From positions 1 through 25,807 of IMG/VR virus record IMGVR_UViG_3300016643_000198: a stretch of 25,807 nt of DNA; one strand, written 5' to 3'. The position numbers were made by a program, and so were the translations under genes. Under the pieces are notes generated by a model, which ran no database searches, had not been told where the DNA came from, and saw only the letters and a list, made by a program, of their open reading frames with translations. Positions 7,527 to 15,460 of this stretch are shown here, one piece after another. The DNA comes from a virus (Duplodnaviria; Caudoviricetes). How positions within the stretch are numbered: the first letter of the stretch is position 1; every line of letters starts with the position of its first letter.

Positions 7527-7741
7527 CGCGCACCCCTAGCGGCCGCGCGGGCGGCGGAAGCGTAGAGGGACGCGGCAACCCGGTCGAATCGCGCGACGGT
7601 TTCCCAGGCGGCCGCAACATTATCGGCCGAACCGGCGCCGGACTCTTCGAGCGCCGTTGCCCATTCAAGGGCCCGTTCGGCTTCGGCTTTCGCCCGCTTC
7701 CAATCCTCCTGCAATCCTCGGGCGTCGTTCCAGTAGTCCAT
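7523..7741 (-). CDS. Helical hypothetical protein (72 aa)
   Basis: AGGAG RBS spacing favours ATG 7741; Ala-rich helical sequence. Confidence 0.7.
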   Translation of the reverse strand: MDYWNDARGLQEDWKRAKAEAERALEWATALEESGAGSADNVAAAWETVARFDRVAASLYASAARAAARGAR

Positions 7742-7765
7742 GTGCATTCTCCTAGGGGTTGTTGG

Positions 7766-7852
7766 TTAATCGTGAATGCAGGTCGCGAGAACTGCGAGCA
7801 TGCCAATGCCCGAGACGACAAGCGCGATAAACTGAATCAATTCAGCATCCAT
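7766..7852 (-). CDS. 28-aa single-pass membrane peptide MDAELIQFIALVVSGIGMLAVLATCIHD
   Basis: Strong AGGAGGT RBS shortly upstream of the ATG; one hydrophobic helix; not in the ORF track. Confidence 0.7.
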   Translation of the reverse strand: MDAELIQFIALVVSGIGMLAVLATCIHD

Positions 7853-7878
7853 GCTAGTTACCTCCTACTCAATAACTA

Positions 7879-7895
7879 AGCATGCAGCATGCCAA
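7879..7895 (-). promoter_or_regulatory. Putative sigma54 (-24/-12) promoter for the leftward early operon
   Basis: Minus strand TTGGCATG-CTGC-ATGCT vs consensus YTGGCACG-N4-TTGCW, with exact GG-N10-GC spacing; predicted start about 7868, just before the RBS. Confidence 0.55.
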
Positions 7896-8021
7896 TGGAT
7901 TTCGGCGTCGTAAACGATATATGGGGGTTACATGGCAAGAGCATAGGGGCCCTATGCCGCAATTGCGTCGCTTTCTGCCGAGATTGCGTCGCCTTCGAGG
8001 TGGCGCTATGCGTGCGGGGCG

Positions 8022-9026
8022 ATGGCAACCAATCGCAGGCACGGGGGAAGCGGGGTCCCGAGCGACGGTAGTCGGGACGATGCGGGCGAGCTCGGGCAAT
8101 CGGGCGACCATGCCGAGGGTATGGGGCAGAGTAGCGCGGAGAGCGATAGCGGCCCTCCTCCAAACCCTTTCGCTGGTACGAAAGGGGACCCGGATGCCGT
8201 CCCCTACGGGTCCGGTCCCGGCTCCCGGCTAGGGGATGCCGGAGGCCAGGGCCGCCCCGTTCGCCGGCCGGCCTGCGGAGGCGCCGGAGGCGCCGGAGCA
8301 TCAAGACAAGCAGATGGGGCGAAAGCCCCATCGGCCCCCCGTTACGGGGATATCGCCTCCTCTCTCCCCCGCGGAAACCAAAAAGCGCCCTTGGCCCCTC
8401 GTCGCCCGCGCCAGCCGTGGTCGCCAGGCGACCGGGAAACGGCGATTGCGGCCTACGCGGACTTGGGCTCGGTAAAGGAAGCGGCGGAGGCAACTGGAGT
8501 GCCGCTTGGCACGCTCGAGCGGTGGCTCGCGGCGCCCGAGGCCGCGCAGGCGGTGGAAGCGATTCGCAAGCAGCATGCGCGGAAGCGGTCGCTTGAGGCC
8601 GGGTCGTTGTGGGACCGGGCGGTCAGCGAGCTTCGCGACCGGCTTGACCACGGCGACCACGTCCTGACGAAGCAGGGCGACGTTGTGCGTAAACCTATCG
8701 GCGGCCGGGACTTGGCGGTTATCGCCGGCATCATGGCCGACAAGACGGCTCAATGGGGCGAATGGGCAGCGGAAGCGGCTGGGAGCGGGTCGAACGTGAC
8801 GCCAGACCAGTTCCTCGATGTCCTGTCGAACATCGAGACCTTGCGCGGCGAGCTCGCCCGCCGGCAGGCGGCGAAGAGCGAAATCGAGGTGGTCGCGGAG
8901 CCTTTCTCGCCTCCCACCCGCGTGGAGCGCCCAGGCCGCAAGGTCCGCGAGGACGCCGACACCCGGCGACCTGTTCCTGTTGCGGAGGGGGGTAGTAGGG
9001 GGGAGGACCGCGACCTCGGTCAATAG
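8022..9026 (+). CDS. terS: Putative terminase small subunit (HTH); true start uncertain
   Basis: HTH 'AIAAYADLGSVKEAAEATGVPLGTLERW', helical oligomerisation region '..RDLAVIAGIMADK'; lies upstream of terL; long low-complexity N-terminus. Confidence 0.65.
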   Translation: MATNRRHGGSGVPSDGSRDDAGELGQSGDHAEGMGQSSAESDSGPPPNPFAGTKGDPDAVPYGSGPGSRLGDAGGQGRPVRRPACGGAGGAGASRQADGAKAPSAPRYGDIASSLPRGNQKAPLAPRRPRQPWSPGDRETAIAAYADLGSVKEAAEATGVPLGTLERWLAAPEAAQAVEAIRKQHARKRSLEAGSLWDRAVSELRDRLDHGDHVLTKQGDVVRKPIGGRDLAVIAGIMADKTAQWGEWAAEAAGSGSNVTPDQFLDVLSNIETLRGELARRQAAKSEIEVVAEPFSPPTRVERPGRKVREDADTRRPVPVAEGGSRGEDRDLGQ

Positions 9027-9078
9027 GGGTAGACGCTAGGGGCGTTTTCCTTAGTGTTTACGGGGGTTTGTCGGTTTT

Positions 9079-9123
9079 TAGGTCAAGTGACCTATTTGAC
9101 ATAATCTTTTGGGTGTGATGTCA
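9079..9123. promoter_or_regulatory. Palindrome cluster with TTGACA: TAGGTCA-AG-TGACCTA and TGACAT-N15-ATGTCA
   Basis: Two inverted repeats in an AT-rich intergenic gap; TTGACA at 9096-9101 but no canonical -10 at 17 bp. Confidence 0.5.
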
Positions 9124-9131
9124 CCAGCCCC

Positions 9132-9692
9132 GTGCTGGACTCTAAGGGGCGGCGGTATTTCACCTATCGAGCGGTCCCCATCAACGAAAAGCCGCCGCCA
9201 GCCAATGCCCAGCAGAAGGCCATGCAGTTCGACCAGGTGGGCGACGCCTACCTCTGGGCGCAGACCTTCGGCGAGGTGCCCGGCGACGTTCCCGAACTGA
9301 ACCTGCGCCGGGCCATGCTGACGCAAGCGTGGAACGACCTGCACCACGGGCACCGCTACCCGAGCCTGAGCGTGATCGAGCGGCTGGTCCTGCGGGCGTG
9401 GGTGGACGGCTGTTTTGAGAGCGGGCAGCCGTACCACTCCCCGGTGGGGTACTCGTTCGTCGAGGTCTGCGACGCGCTGGGGTTGGAGCCCGATTCCTGC
9501 CGGCGGGCCCTGTATGCCCGCAAACCTCCTGCCCACAACACGGTGCGAGAGGTAATCGTGCACGACATGATGCGGCGCAATTCACCCTTGAATCGCCGCA
9601 GGAAACCCCGCAAACGCACCGGGCGTGAGTCGGATCGACGAGCGCACGATAGCGGAACTCTCCGAGGAAGAGCTTCGGAAGCTACTGGATGA
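9132..9692 (+). CDS. Hypothetical protein, possible DNA-binding/late regulator (186 aa)
   Basis: 'LRRAMLTQAWNDL...RAWV...YSFVEVCDALGLEPDSCRRAL' with basic tail; coding-like codon usage. Confidence 0.7.
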   Translation: MLDSKGRRYFTYRAVPINEKPPPANAQQKAMQFDQVGDAYLWAQTFGEVPGDVPELNLRRAMLTQAWNDLHHGHRYPSLSVIERLVLRAWVDGCFESGQPYHSPVGYSFVEVCDALGLEPDSCRRALYARKPPAHNTVREVIVHDMMRRNSPLNRRRKPRKRTGRESDRRAHDSGTLRGRASEATG

Positions 9693-10527
9693 GGCCGCAA
9701 CAGCGGCTATCTCGCTGCGAAAGCGGGGCAAGTACGCGCTCTGGAAGCCGTTCCCGCACCAGCGGCCGGTGCTGGAGTGCCAGAAAAAGATCATCTGCGC
9801 GGTCGCTGGCAACCAATGGGGCAAGACCGAGCTCGGCGCCGTGAAGACCGTGGCTGGCTGCACCGGAGTATTGCCGCCATCGCTGGGTGGCGAGATCCCG
9901 GCCGACTGGGCCGACATCGACCGCTCGGGCAAGCGGTTCCTCGCGATGGGCGAGAACTTCACCTCGGCCATCCCGAAGACCATCCTGCCGAAGCTTGAGT
10001 TCTTCATCGCCCCCGACATGCTGTCTAAGCCGCCCAAGCGCGGCACCGGAACGAAACTGCCCGAGATCTTCTACTTCAAGTCAGGCGCCCAGCTTCACAT
10101 CATGTCCTACGACCAGGATCCGGCCTCGTTCGAGGGCGCGGTCTGGGATGGCGTCTGGGCCGACGAGCCGCCGCCTGAGTCAATCTTCACCGCCGTGCGC
10201 CGTGGCACGATGGCCCGGCGCGGCTGGATTCTAATAACGGCAACCCCGATCAAGGAGCCGTGGATGTTCGACGCGCTGGTCGCGCCGTTGAACGACCCTG
10301 ACGCCCCGGCGCACGACCATTCAGCGGTGTTTCGTGGCGACATCCACGACAACTGCAAGGAATGCAACGGCGGGGCGCTGCCTCACGACGAGATCAAGGC
10401 TTTCCTGTCGGGCATCACGAACCCGGCCGAGCGTGCCGCCCGCGAGCGCGGCGAGTTTCTGGACATGGCTGGCGTCGAGTTCTGGTACGTCTCGCGAGAC
10501 ACGCACGTCTGCCCGGCACTTTGGTGA
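9625..10527 (+). CDS. terL: Terminase large subunit, ATPase half
   Basis: Adenine-binding 'PFPHQ', Walker A 'AGNQWGKT', Walker B 'VWADEPP', motif III 'ITATP', 'AARERGEF'; stops at 'THVCPALW*' before any nuclease domain. Confidence 0.92.
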   Translation: MSRIDERTIAELSEEELRKLLDEAATAAISLRKRGKYALWKPFPHQRPVLECQKKIICAVAGNQWGKTELGAVKTVAGCTGVLPPSLGGEIPADWADIDRSGKRFLAMGENFTSAIPKTILPKLEFFIAPDMLSKPPKRGTGTKLPEIFYFKSGAQLHIMSYDQDPASFEGAVWDGVWADEPPPESIFTAVRRGTMARRGWILITATPIKEPWMFDALVAPLNDPDAPAHDHSAVFRGDIHDNCKECNGGALPHDEIKAFLSGITNPAERAARERGEFLDMAGVEFWYVSRDTHVCPALW

Positions 10528-10547
10528 CGTGACATAGGTGACATGAC

Positions 10548-10775
10548 ATGGACGAGCCGACAAAGCAGCAACTGGACGACATGGAGGAGTGGGCCGGCGC
10601 CTTGGTGAACCGGCTGGACGAGTACGACAAGAAGCTCGACCACATCCGGCTGGCTCTCGCCAAGATGATCCTCGGCATGAGCGGCCAGCCGGTCGTCATC
10701 GACATCGAGAAGGACTTGGGCATCAAGCTGCCTAAGGACGTGCCGCTGATCGTCCCGGGCATGCCGCGGCAATGA
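10548..10775 (+). CDS. Small coiled-coil hypothetical protein between the terL halves (75 aa)
   Basis: AGGTG RBS-like element; high-GC3 codons; stop overlaps the next ATG. Confidence 0.7.
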   Translation: MDEPTKQQLDDMEEWAGALVNRLDEYDKKLDHIRLALAKMILGMSGQPVVIDIEKDLGIKLPKDVPLIVPGMPRQ

Positions 10776-10960
10776 AGAAGCGCCGCCGGAAGGTGGCGCC
10801 GATCCGACCGGACCTGATCCGCGAACACGTCGCAGGAGACCGATGGAGGCTCGGGGAGACGCGCCATAACTGCGCCACATGCGCCAAGCCCATCCGCTGG
10901 GCGATGGCCGTCTGCTCGGTCTGCTGGAAACTGCACGGCGTGAACGAGAAACTGCAATGA
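10772..10960 (+). CDS. Small basic C4 zinc-finger protein between the terL halves (62 aa)
   Basis: MKKRRRK N-terminus; CATC-x10-CSVC; ATGA overlaps at both ends. Confidence 0.7.
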   Translation: MKKRRRKVAPIRPDLIREHVAGDRWRLGETRHNCATCAKPIRWAMAVCSVCWKLHGVNEKLQ

Positions 10961-11682
10961 TCGAAGCCAAGCGATGGCCCTGCGTCGAGGTCTGCGACCC
11001 GTCCATGAAACGCGGGCTGTTCCTCATCTGGGCCGTCTTTTCGCCCGACGATTTCGTCTACGTCGTGCATGCCAAACACATCGCGGACGGGTCGTTCGAC
11101 GTGATGTCGGAAGCCGTGAAGGCCGAACGCTCAAGGCTGCCGCGGCCCGTGTCGCTGGCCGTCATGGACCAGCGCGGCGGGCAGTTCATCTCCAACCGCG
11201 ACCTAGAGAAGACGTTCTTCGATGAGTTCCACGAACGCGGGCTCGACTACGAGCCGTCCGTAGATACCCCCATGCAGAAGCTCCACGACTGGCTGCGCCC
11301 GGTGTGGCGCCCCGAGGTGGAGAAAGCAATTCCGAAGCTCCGGCTGACTGAGCCGGTAGCCAACATGGGCGACGGTCCGCTGACCGCGCTCCAGAGGTTC
11401 ATATGGGATCCGACGCAAACGAAGTCGTGGCAGCACAAACAGAAAGCAAAGGACTGGGTGGACTGCCTCCGCTACCTGGCCGGCTTCCCGGGACTGACCT
11501 ACCAGCGCCTGCAAGGGAAGATGGAGATCCCGACAGCCGGAATAGCTCAAACGTACACCGAATCGAGCCGTCGCCAGCAAAGCGGGGAAGACCTCGCCGC
11601 TCGATTATTGCGCGAGCGGGGCTTGATCCCGAATCTGTCCGACACCTACTCAATGGGGAGGCGTCGAGGCTCGGCCTTCTGA
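10957..11682 (+). CDS. terL: Terminase large subunit, RNase H-like nuclease half (241 aa)
   Basis: 'WPCVEVCDP...LIWAVFSPDDFVYVV', 'AVMDQRG', 'KDWVDCLRYL' match the TerL nuclease acidic motifs; own ATG coupled to the upstream stop. Confidence 0.85.
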   Translation: MIEAKRWPCVEVCDPSMKRGLFLIWAVFSPDDFVYVVHAKHIADGSFDVMSEAVKAERSRLPRPVSLAVMDQRGGQFISNRDLEKTFFDEFHERGLDYEPSVDTPMQKLHDWLRPVWRPEVEKAIPKLRLTEPVANMGDGPLTALQRFIWDPTQTKSWQHKQKAKDWVDCLRYLAGFPGLTYQRLQGKMEIPTAGIAQTYTESSRRQQSGEDLAARLLRERGLIPNLSDTYSMGRRRGSAF

Positions 11683-12161
11683 TTGGGTCTACGGCCGAAT
11701 TCGCGGGCTTCGTGGACGCATTCGTCGCCCGCCCGCTTATGGCCCAAGCCTACCAGCAGGCGCAACACGACATGCTTGGCACTCTTGCCGAAATGGGAGT
11801 CACCGTGAACGAACACGGCGGCATTTCCCTCTCAGACGAGCTTCTCGACACCCTGCGCCCGGTGCCCGCACCGGCACCGGACCCGTACACGGCGCCGACG
11901 ACCACGTTCTCGGGCGACCTGTCCGCGTTCCGCGACCCGCCGCCGGCCGCTGCGCCGCCGCCTGCCCCCGAGGTGGACTTCGACCAGCCGATGACCCGGC
12001 GCGAAGTCGTGGCCCTTGTGCAGCGTCTGCAAGTTGGGCAAACGCCGCCGCCGTACAACCCGGCCCAGCCTCCCCCGCTGCCACCTTTCCGGTCGGAGGC
12101 CGTGCTGAACGTACTGGAAGCGCAGATCAGGGATGCTTGGAAGCGACGCGGCAGATCCTAG
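11679..12161 (+). CDS. Proline-rich hypothetical protein; start uncertain (CTG 11679 or ATG 11739)
   Basis: Fills the gap between terL nuclease and portal with coding-like codon usage. Confidence 0.6.
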   Translation: MIGSTAEFAGFVDAFVARPLMAQAYQQAQHDMLGTLAEMGVTVNEHGGISLSDELLDTLRPVPAPAPDPYTAPTTTFSGDLSAFRDPPPAAAPPPAPEVDFDQPMTRREVVALVQRLQVGQTPPPYNPAQPPPLPPFRSEAVLNVLEAQIRDAWKRRGRS

Positions 12162-14157
12162 CCTCACGCAGGGCGACGAGCCCGCCATTCTCCAGCCTTA
12201 CCCGCCGTTTCCGTTCCCCGAACTCATCGAGCCCGGGCTCGATCCCGCCATGTCGGGTATCCTCGACATGGAGGCCGCGGCGAAACTGACCGACGAGCAG
12301 ATCGTCAGCCAGATCCTGAAGTCCCGGGACGAGTCCAAGCGCATGCGTAATGCGCTCGAGCCCGACTGGCGCTGGATGGAGGCGCTCTACCGCAACCGCA
12401 CGTCCGAATCGCAGGGCAAGCAGTCGTGGCAGAGCGCCGTCACCTTCCAAGAGGTCTTCAACAAGATCGAGACCGCGTCGTCGCTGTTCAAGGCGGCCCT
12501 GCTGGACGCGCCAGAGTGGTTCCGGTTCCAGAAACGTCTGCCCAGCGCCGACGAGTCCCAGGTCCGGTTCATCCAGCGCGTGATGGAGCTCGTCGTCGAG
12601 GACGCGGGCTTCATTGACGAGTACGTCCAGGCGTTGAAAGATGCGCTCCTGCTGGGCTCGGGCTGCGTGCGCCTGTCTTGGGAGCAATGGACCGAGACCG
12701 CGCCGCAGTTGATCGACGTTCCGCTGTTCGATGACCCGATGCTCATGCAGTATCTGGCCGCGCAGGGGCAACCGGTCACCCGCAAGATCGTCTCGCCGTC
12801 GCCCCGGCTTCGCGCTGGCATCAAGGCGCACCACGTCCCCATCTGGTCGGTCTACCCAGACCCGTTCTGCGACCATGCCATGACTGGGAAGTTCTTCATC
12901 GAGGAGTCGATGATGGACGACGCGGACGTGGACGACGGCTTTGCCTGCGGGAAGTTCCGGCCGGAAGCCAAAGAAAAGATGGGCGAGCCCGTCTACTCGC
13001 GTTACGAGAAGGACGAGCGGTATCGGAACACCGAACTGTTCGACACCCGCGATGCCAAGCGCAAGCGGCACCTGATCACCGAGTATTGGGGCGACATTCG
13101 CGACGAGAGCGGCAAGGTCGTCATCAAGAACTGGCGCGTCACGCTTGGGAACGAGCGCAGCATCCTGCGGATCGGCCGCAACCCGTTCTGGTCGGGCTTC
13201 TTCCCGTATGTCTGGACGGTGCCGGTGCGCTGGGCGGGCCGCCCGTGGGGCCGGTCGATCTCGTTCCCCGCTGCGAACAAGCAGGAAGCGTACAACAAAG
13301 TCGTCAATCTGATGATCGACAACTTCATGTACAGCGTCCTGCAGGCGTTCACCTACGACACGACCTCGGCCATGAGCGGCTCGGACATCGGCAGCATCGA
13401 GCCCGGCAAGGTCTACAAGGGGCGCGGGTCGGACTTCATCAAGCCGCTGCAGTTCAACGCGAACATCCAGCAGGGCTACCCGATTCTGAACCTGTTCTCG
13501 CAGGGCATCGACGAGGACATGCGGATCAACGAGTTCGCCGAAGGGGCGCCCACCTCCCGCGGCCGGCCCACCAAGTTTGAGATCCAGCAAAAGACCGGGC
13601 GGTCCGACGCCATCATCACGAACCTCGCCCGCGACCTCGAGCGCCACGACCTCGAGCCCGCGCTGCGGATGATGTTCGAGATGTACTGGCAGTACGGCGG
13701 CGACCTGTCGAACCCGGCGCTGAAGGAACTGGTGCAGGCGTGGGCCGGACCGATGGAATACATGTCGGACGAGATGCGCCTCCAGATGCTGGCGCAGGAG
13801 TTCGACATCCAGGTCAAGGGCATCTCGGGCGTGTTTGGCCGGGACGACTTGATCAACAAGATGCAGCAGGCGTTCCAGTTGCTGCAATCCATCCCGGCGC
13901 CGCCTCAGACGCTCGTCGCGATGACCTACCAGATCATCCAAGCGATGGGCTTGGATCCGCAGTTCAACCTCTGGATGCCCAAGAGTCCAGAAGAGTTCGT
14001 CCAGATGCAGCAGTTGGCCGCAATGAACCAACAGCAGCAGATGGCAGACGGTGGGGTGCCACCCGCAGGCGGGCAATCTCGGAGTGCGGGGCCAGCAGGC
14101 GGGCCTTCCCCGGCACCCGCACCACCTCAAGGACCGCCCCCCCCCGGGGGCATGTAA
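12133..14157 (+). CDS. Portal protein (podoviral/P22-like)
   Basis: 674 aa after terL; 'ALKDALLLGSGCVRLSW', 'VYPDP', 'LITEYWG', 'NPFW.G..PYV', Q/P/G-rich tail. Confidence 0.88.
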   Translation: MLGSDAADPSLTQGDEPAILQPYPPFPFPELIEPGLDPAMSGILDMEAAAKLTDEQIVSQILKSRDESKRMRNALEPDWRWMEALYRNRTSESQGKQSWQSAVTFQEVFNKIETASSLFKAALLDAPEWFRFQKRLPSADESQVRFIQRVMELVVEDAGFIDEYVQALKDALLLGSGCVRLSWEQWTETAPQLIDVPLFDDPMLMQYLAAQGQPVTRKIVSPSPRLRAGIKAHHVPIWSVYPDPFCDHAMTGKFFIEESMMDDADVDDGFACGKFRPEAKEKMGEPVYSRYEKDERYRNTELFDTRDAKRKRHLITEYWGDIRDESGKVVIKNWRVTLGNERSILRIGRNPFWSGFFPYVWTVPVRWAGRPWGRSISFPAANKQEAYNKVVNLMIDNFMYSVLQAFTYDTTSAMSGSDIGSIEPGKVYKGRGSDFIKPLQFNANIQQGYPILNLFSQGIDEDMRINEFAEGAPTSRGRPTKFEIQQKTGRSDAIITNLARDLERHDLEPALRMMFEMYWQYGGDLSNPALKELVQAWAGPMEYMSDEMRLQMLAQEFDIQVKGISGVFGRDDLINKMQQAFQLLQSIPAPPQTLVAMTYQIIQAMGLDPQFNLWMPKSPEEFVQMQQLAAMNQQQQMADGGVPPAGGQSRSAGPAGGPSPAPAPPQGPPPPGGM

Positions 14158-14226
14158 CCGGCCGCCACGCCGCCGAATGAAGGTGCGGATGGAAGGGTGC
14201 GGATAGCCCCCTAGAAGGAGAGAGAC

Positions 14227-14661
14227 ATGGCGAACCGTCCGTTGTGGGCACAGAAGCAGAGCGTTTTCACGGGTGCAGTCGGCACCAAGGTGGCGAGCTT
14301 TTCCACCGAGCTTACCGGCACCACCATCCAGAGCGTCGTCGCTGCGGTCAGCGGCAAGAAGATCCGCGTTCGTGCGTTCAACATCAACGCGATGGTGAGC
14401 GTCGTGCTTGCCGCGGCGAGCGGCCCGAGCATCGCGCTGGTGGACAGCACCTACCAGACCGGCGTGCTGTACCAGCTCACCAGCTTCGGCAAGACCGCCG
14501 CGATCACGACCGTGCCCTTCTCGACGGGGCTGGTCATCCTGCCGCTCGACGGCGCGGTCCGCGAGACCACGGCCGGCAACGCGCTCAAGATCGCGCAGTC
14601 GGTGGACCTGTCCACGGGCGTCATCGCCGTGTCGGGCACCGTCTACTACGACGAGATTTGA
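14227..14661 (+). CDS. Beta-rich virion structural/decoration protein (144 aa, no signal peptide, no Cys)
   Basis: AAGGAG RBS; 'VVAAVSGKKIRV...ETTAGNALKI...VSGTVYY' pattern of small phage beta-sandwich proteins. Confidence 0.7.
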   Translation: MANRPLWAQKQSVFTGAVGTKVASFSTELTGTTIQSVVAAVSGKKIRVRAFNINAMVSVVLAAASGPSIALVDSTYQTGVLYQLTSFGKTAAITTVPFSTGLVILPLDGAVRETTAGNALKIAQSVDLSTGVIAVSGTVYYDEI

Positions 14662-14664
14662 TCC

Positions 14665-15063
14665 ATGCGGGGTTTCATTCTGGCGGCGGGGCTTCTCCTC
14701 GCCGCCGCCCCCGCGTGGGGACAGACCGCGAACAACCCGTACTTCACCCGCGAGCAGCAGGGCGGCAGCGTCGTCTCGGGGCAGGTCACCTGCGCCTCGA
14801 CCTCGACCTCGGTGTACACCGGCAACGGCGACGCTCGCGGCATCGTCATTTCGGCAGCAGACGCCAATGGCGTCTACATCTGCGTGCAGACCGGCGTCTC
14901 GAGCCCGGCCACGCCTGCGCCGTGTACCGCGGCGACGGCAAGCGGGTTTCTCGGCGCTGCGGGCCAGAACATCACATTCGACCGTAGCGTAAAGAGCGTG
15001 TCGGTCTCCTGCCTTCGGTCGGCGGCATCCGATGCGAAGATCAACTACATCGTCCAGAAGTAG
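14665..15063 (+). CDS. Exported Cys-containing beta protein, paralog 1 (132 aa)
   Basis: Signal peptide MRGFILAAGLLLAAAPAWG; 4 Cys in the mature part; aligns with 15032-15460. Confidence 0.8.
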   Translation: MRGFILAAGLLLAAAPAWGQTANNPYFTREQQGGSVVSGQVTCASTSTSVYTGNGDARGIVISAADANGVYICVQTGVSSPATPAPCTAATASGFLGAAGQNITFDRSVKSVSVSCLRSAASDAKINYIVQK

Positions 15064-15460
15064 CCGCGTCCGGTTCGCCGCCCTCGCGCTCGCGCTGGTC
15101 CTGCCGGCCCGCGCACATGGGCAGGGGGCGACGAACCCGACATTCACGCGAATCCAGCAGGGCGCCTCGGTGGAAGGCGTCGTCGTGTCCTGCGGCACGT
15201 CGTCCACGAACCTGCTGAATTGCCCGACCGCGAGCGCAGGCGCAGGCGATTACCGGGCCGTGACTTGCCTCAACGACGGCTCAAACAAGGTCTACGTCTG
15301 CGCCAATACCAGCCCGTCATGCACCTGCGTGGCCGCTAGCGCCCCCGTGTCGTTGGCCGCTGGCTCGGCATTCACCTTCGGGGCAAGCTCCAAGAGCCTC
15401 CAGCTTTCCTGCATCACGTCGGTCGGCAGCAGTACGGTGCGATGTATCGCCGAAAGATAA
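15032..15460 (+). CDS. Exported Cys-rich beta protein, paralog 2 (142 aa)
   Basis: Signal peptide ...[17 protein letters not shown]; mature '[14 protein letters not shown]' parallels 'QTANNPYFTREQQG'; 8 Cys. Confidence 0.8.
   Translation: MRRSTTSSRSSRVRFAALALALVLPARAHGQGATNPTFTRIQQGASVEGVVVSCGTSSTNLLNCPTASAGAGDYRAVTCLNDGSNKVYVCANTSPSCTCVAASAPVSLAAGSAFTFGASSKSLQLSCITSVGSSTVRCIAER

Noticed and set aside
9096-9125. Canonical sigma70 promoter at TTGACA
   Set aside because: No acceptable -10 hexamer at 16-18 bp spacing; kept only as a palindrome cluster
10528-10956. Self-splicing intron or intein interrupting terL
   Set aside because: No recognisable group I/II core, homing endonuclease or intein motifs; the space is fully occupied by two coupled ORFs (not formally excluded without an Infernal search)
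14180-14206. Short repeat GGTGCGGAT x2 after portal
   Set aside because: Only two 9-mers and not seen before other late genes, so no support as a late promoter
12127-15207. 1026-aa minus-strand ORF
   Set aside because: Antisense shadow of portal and downstream genes; Arg/Leu/Val-rich non-protein-like sequence expected from high-GC3 codons on the opposite strand
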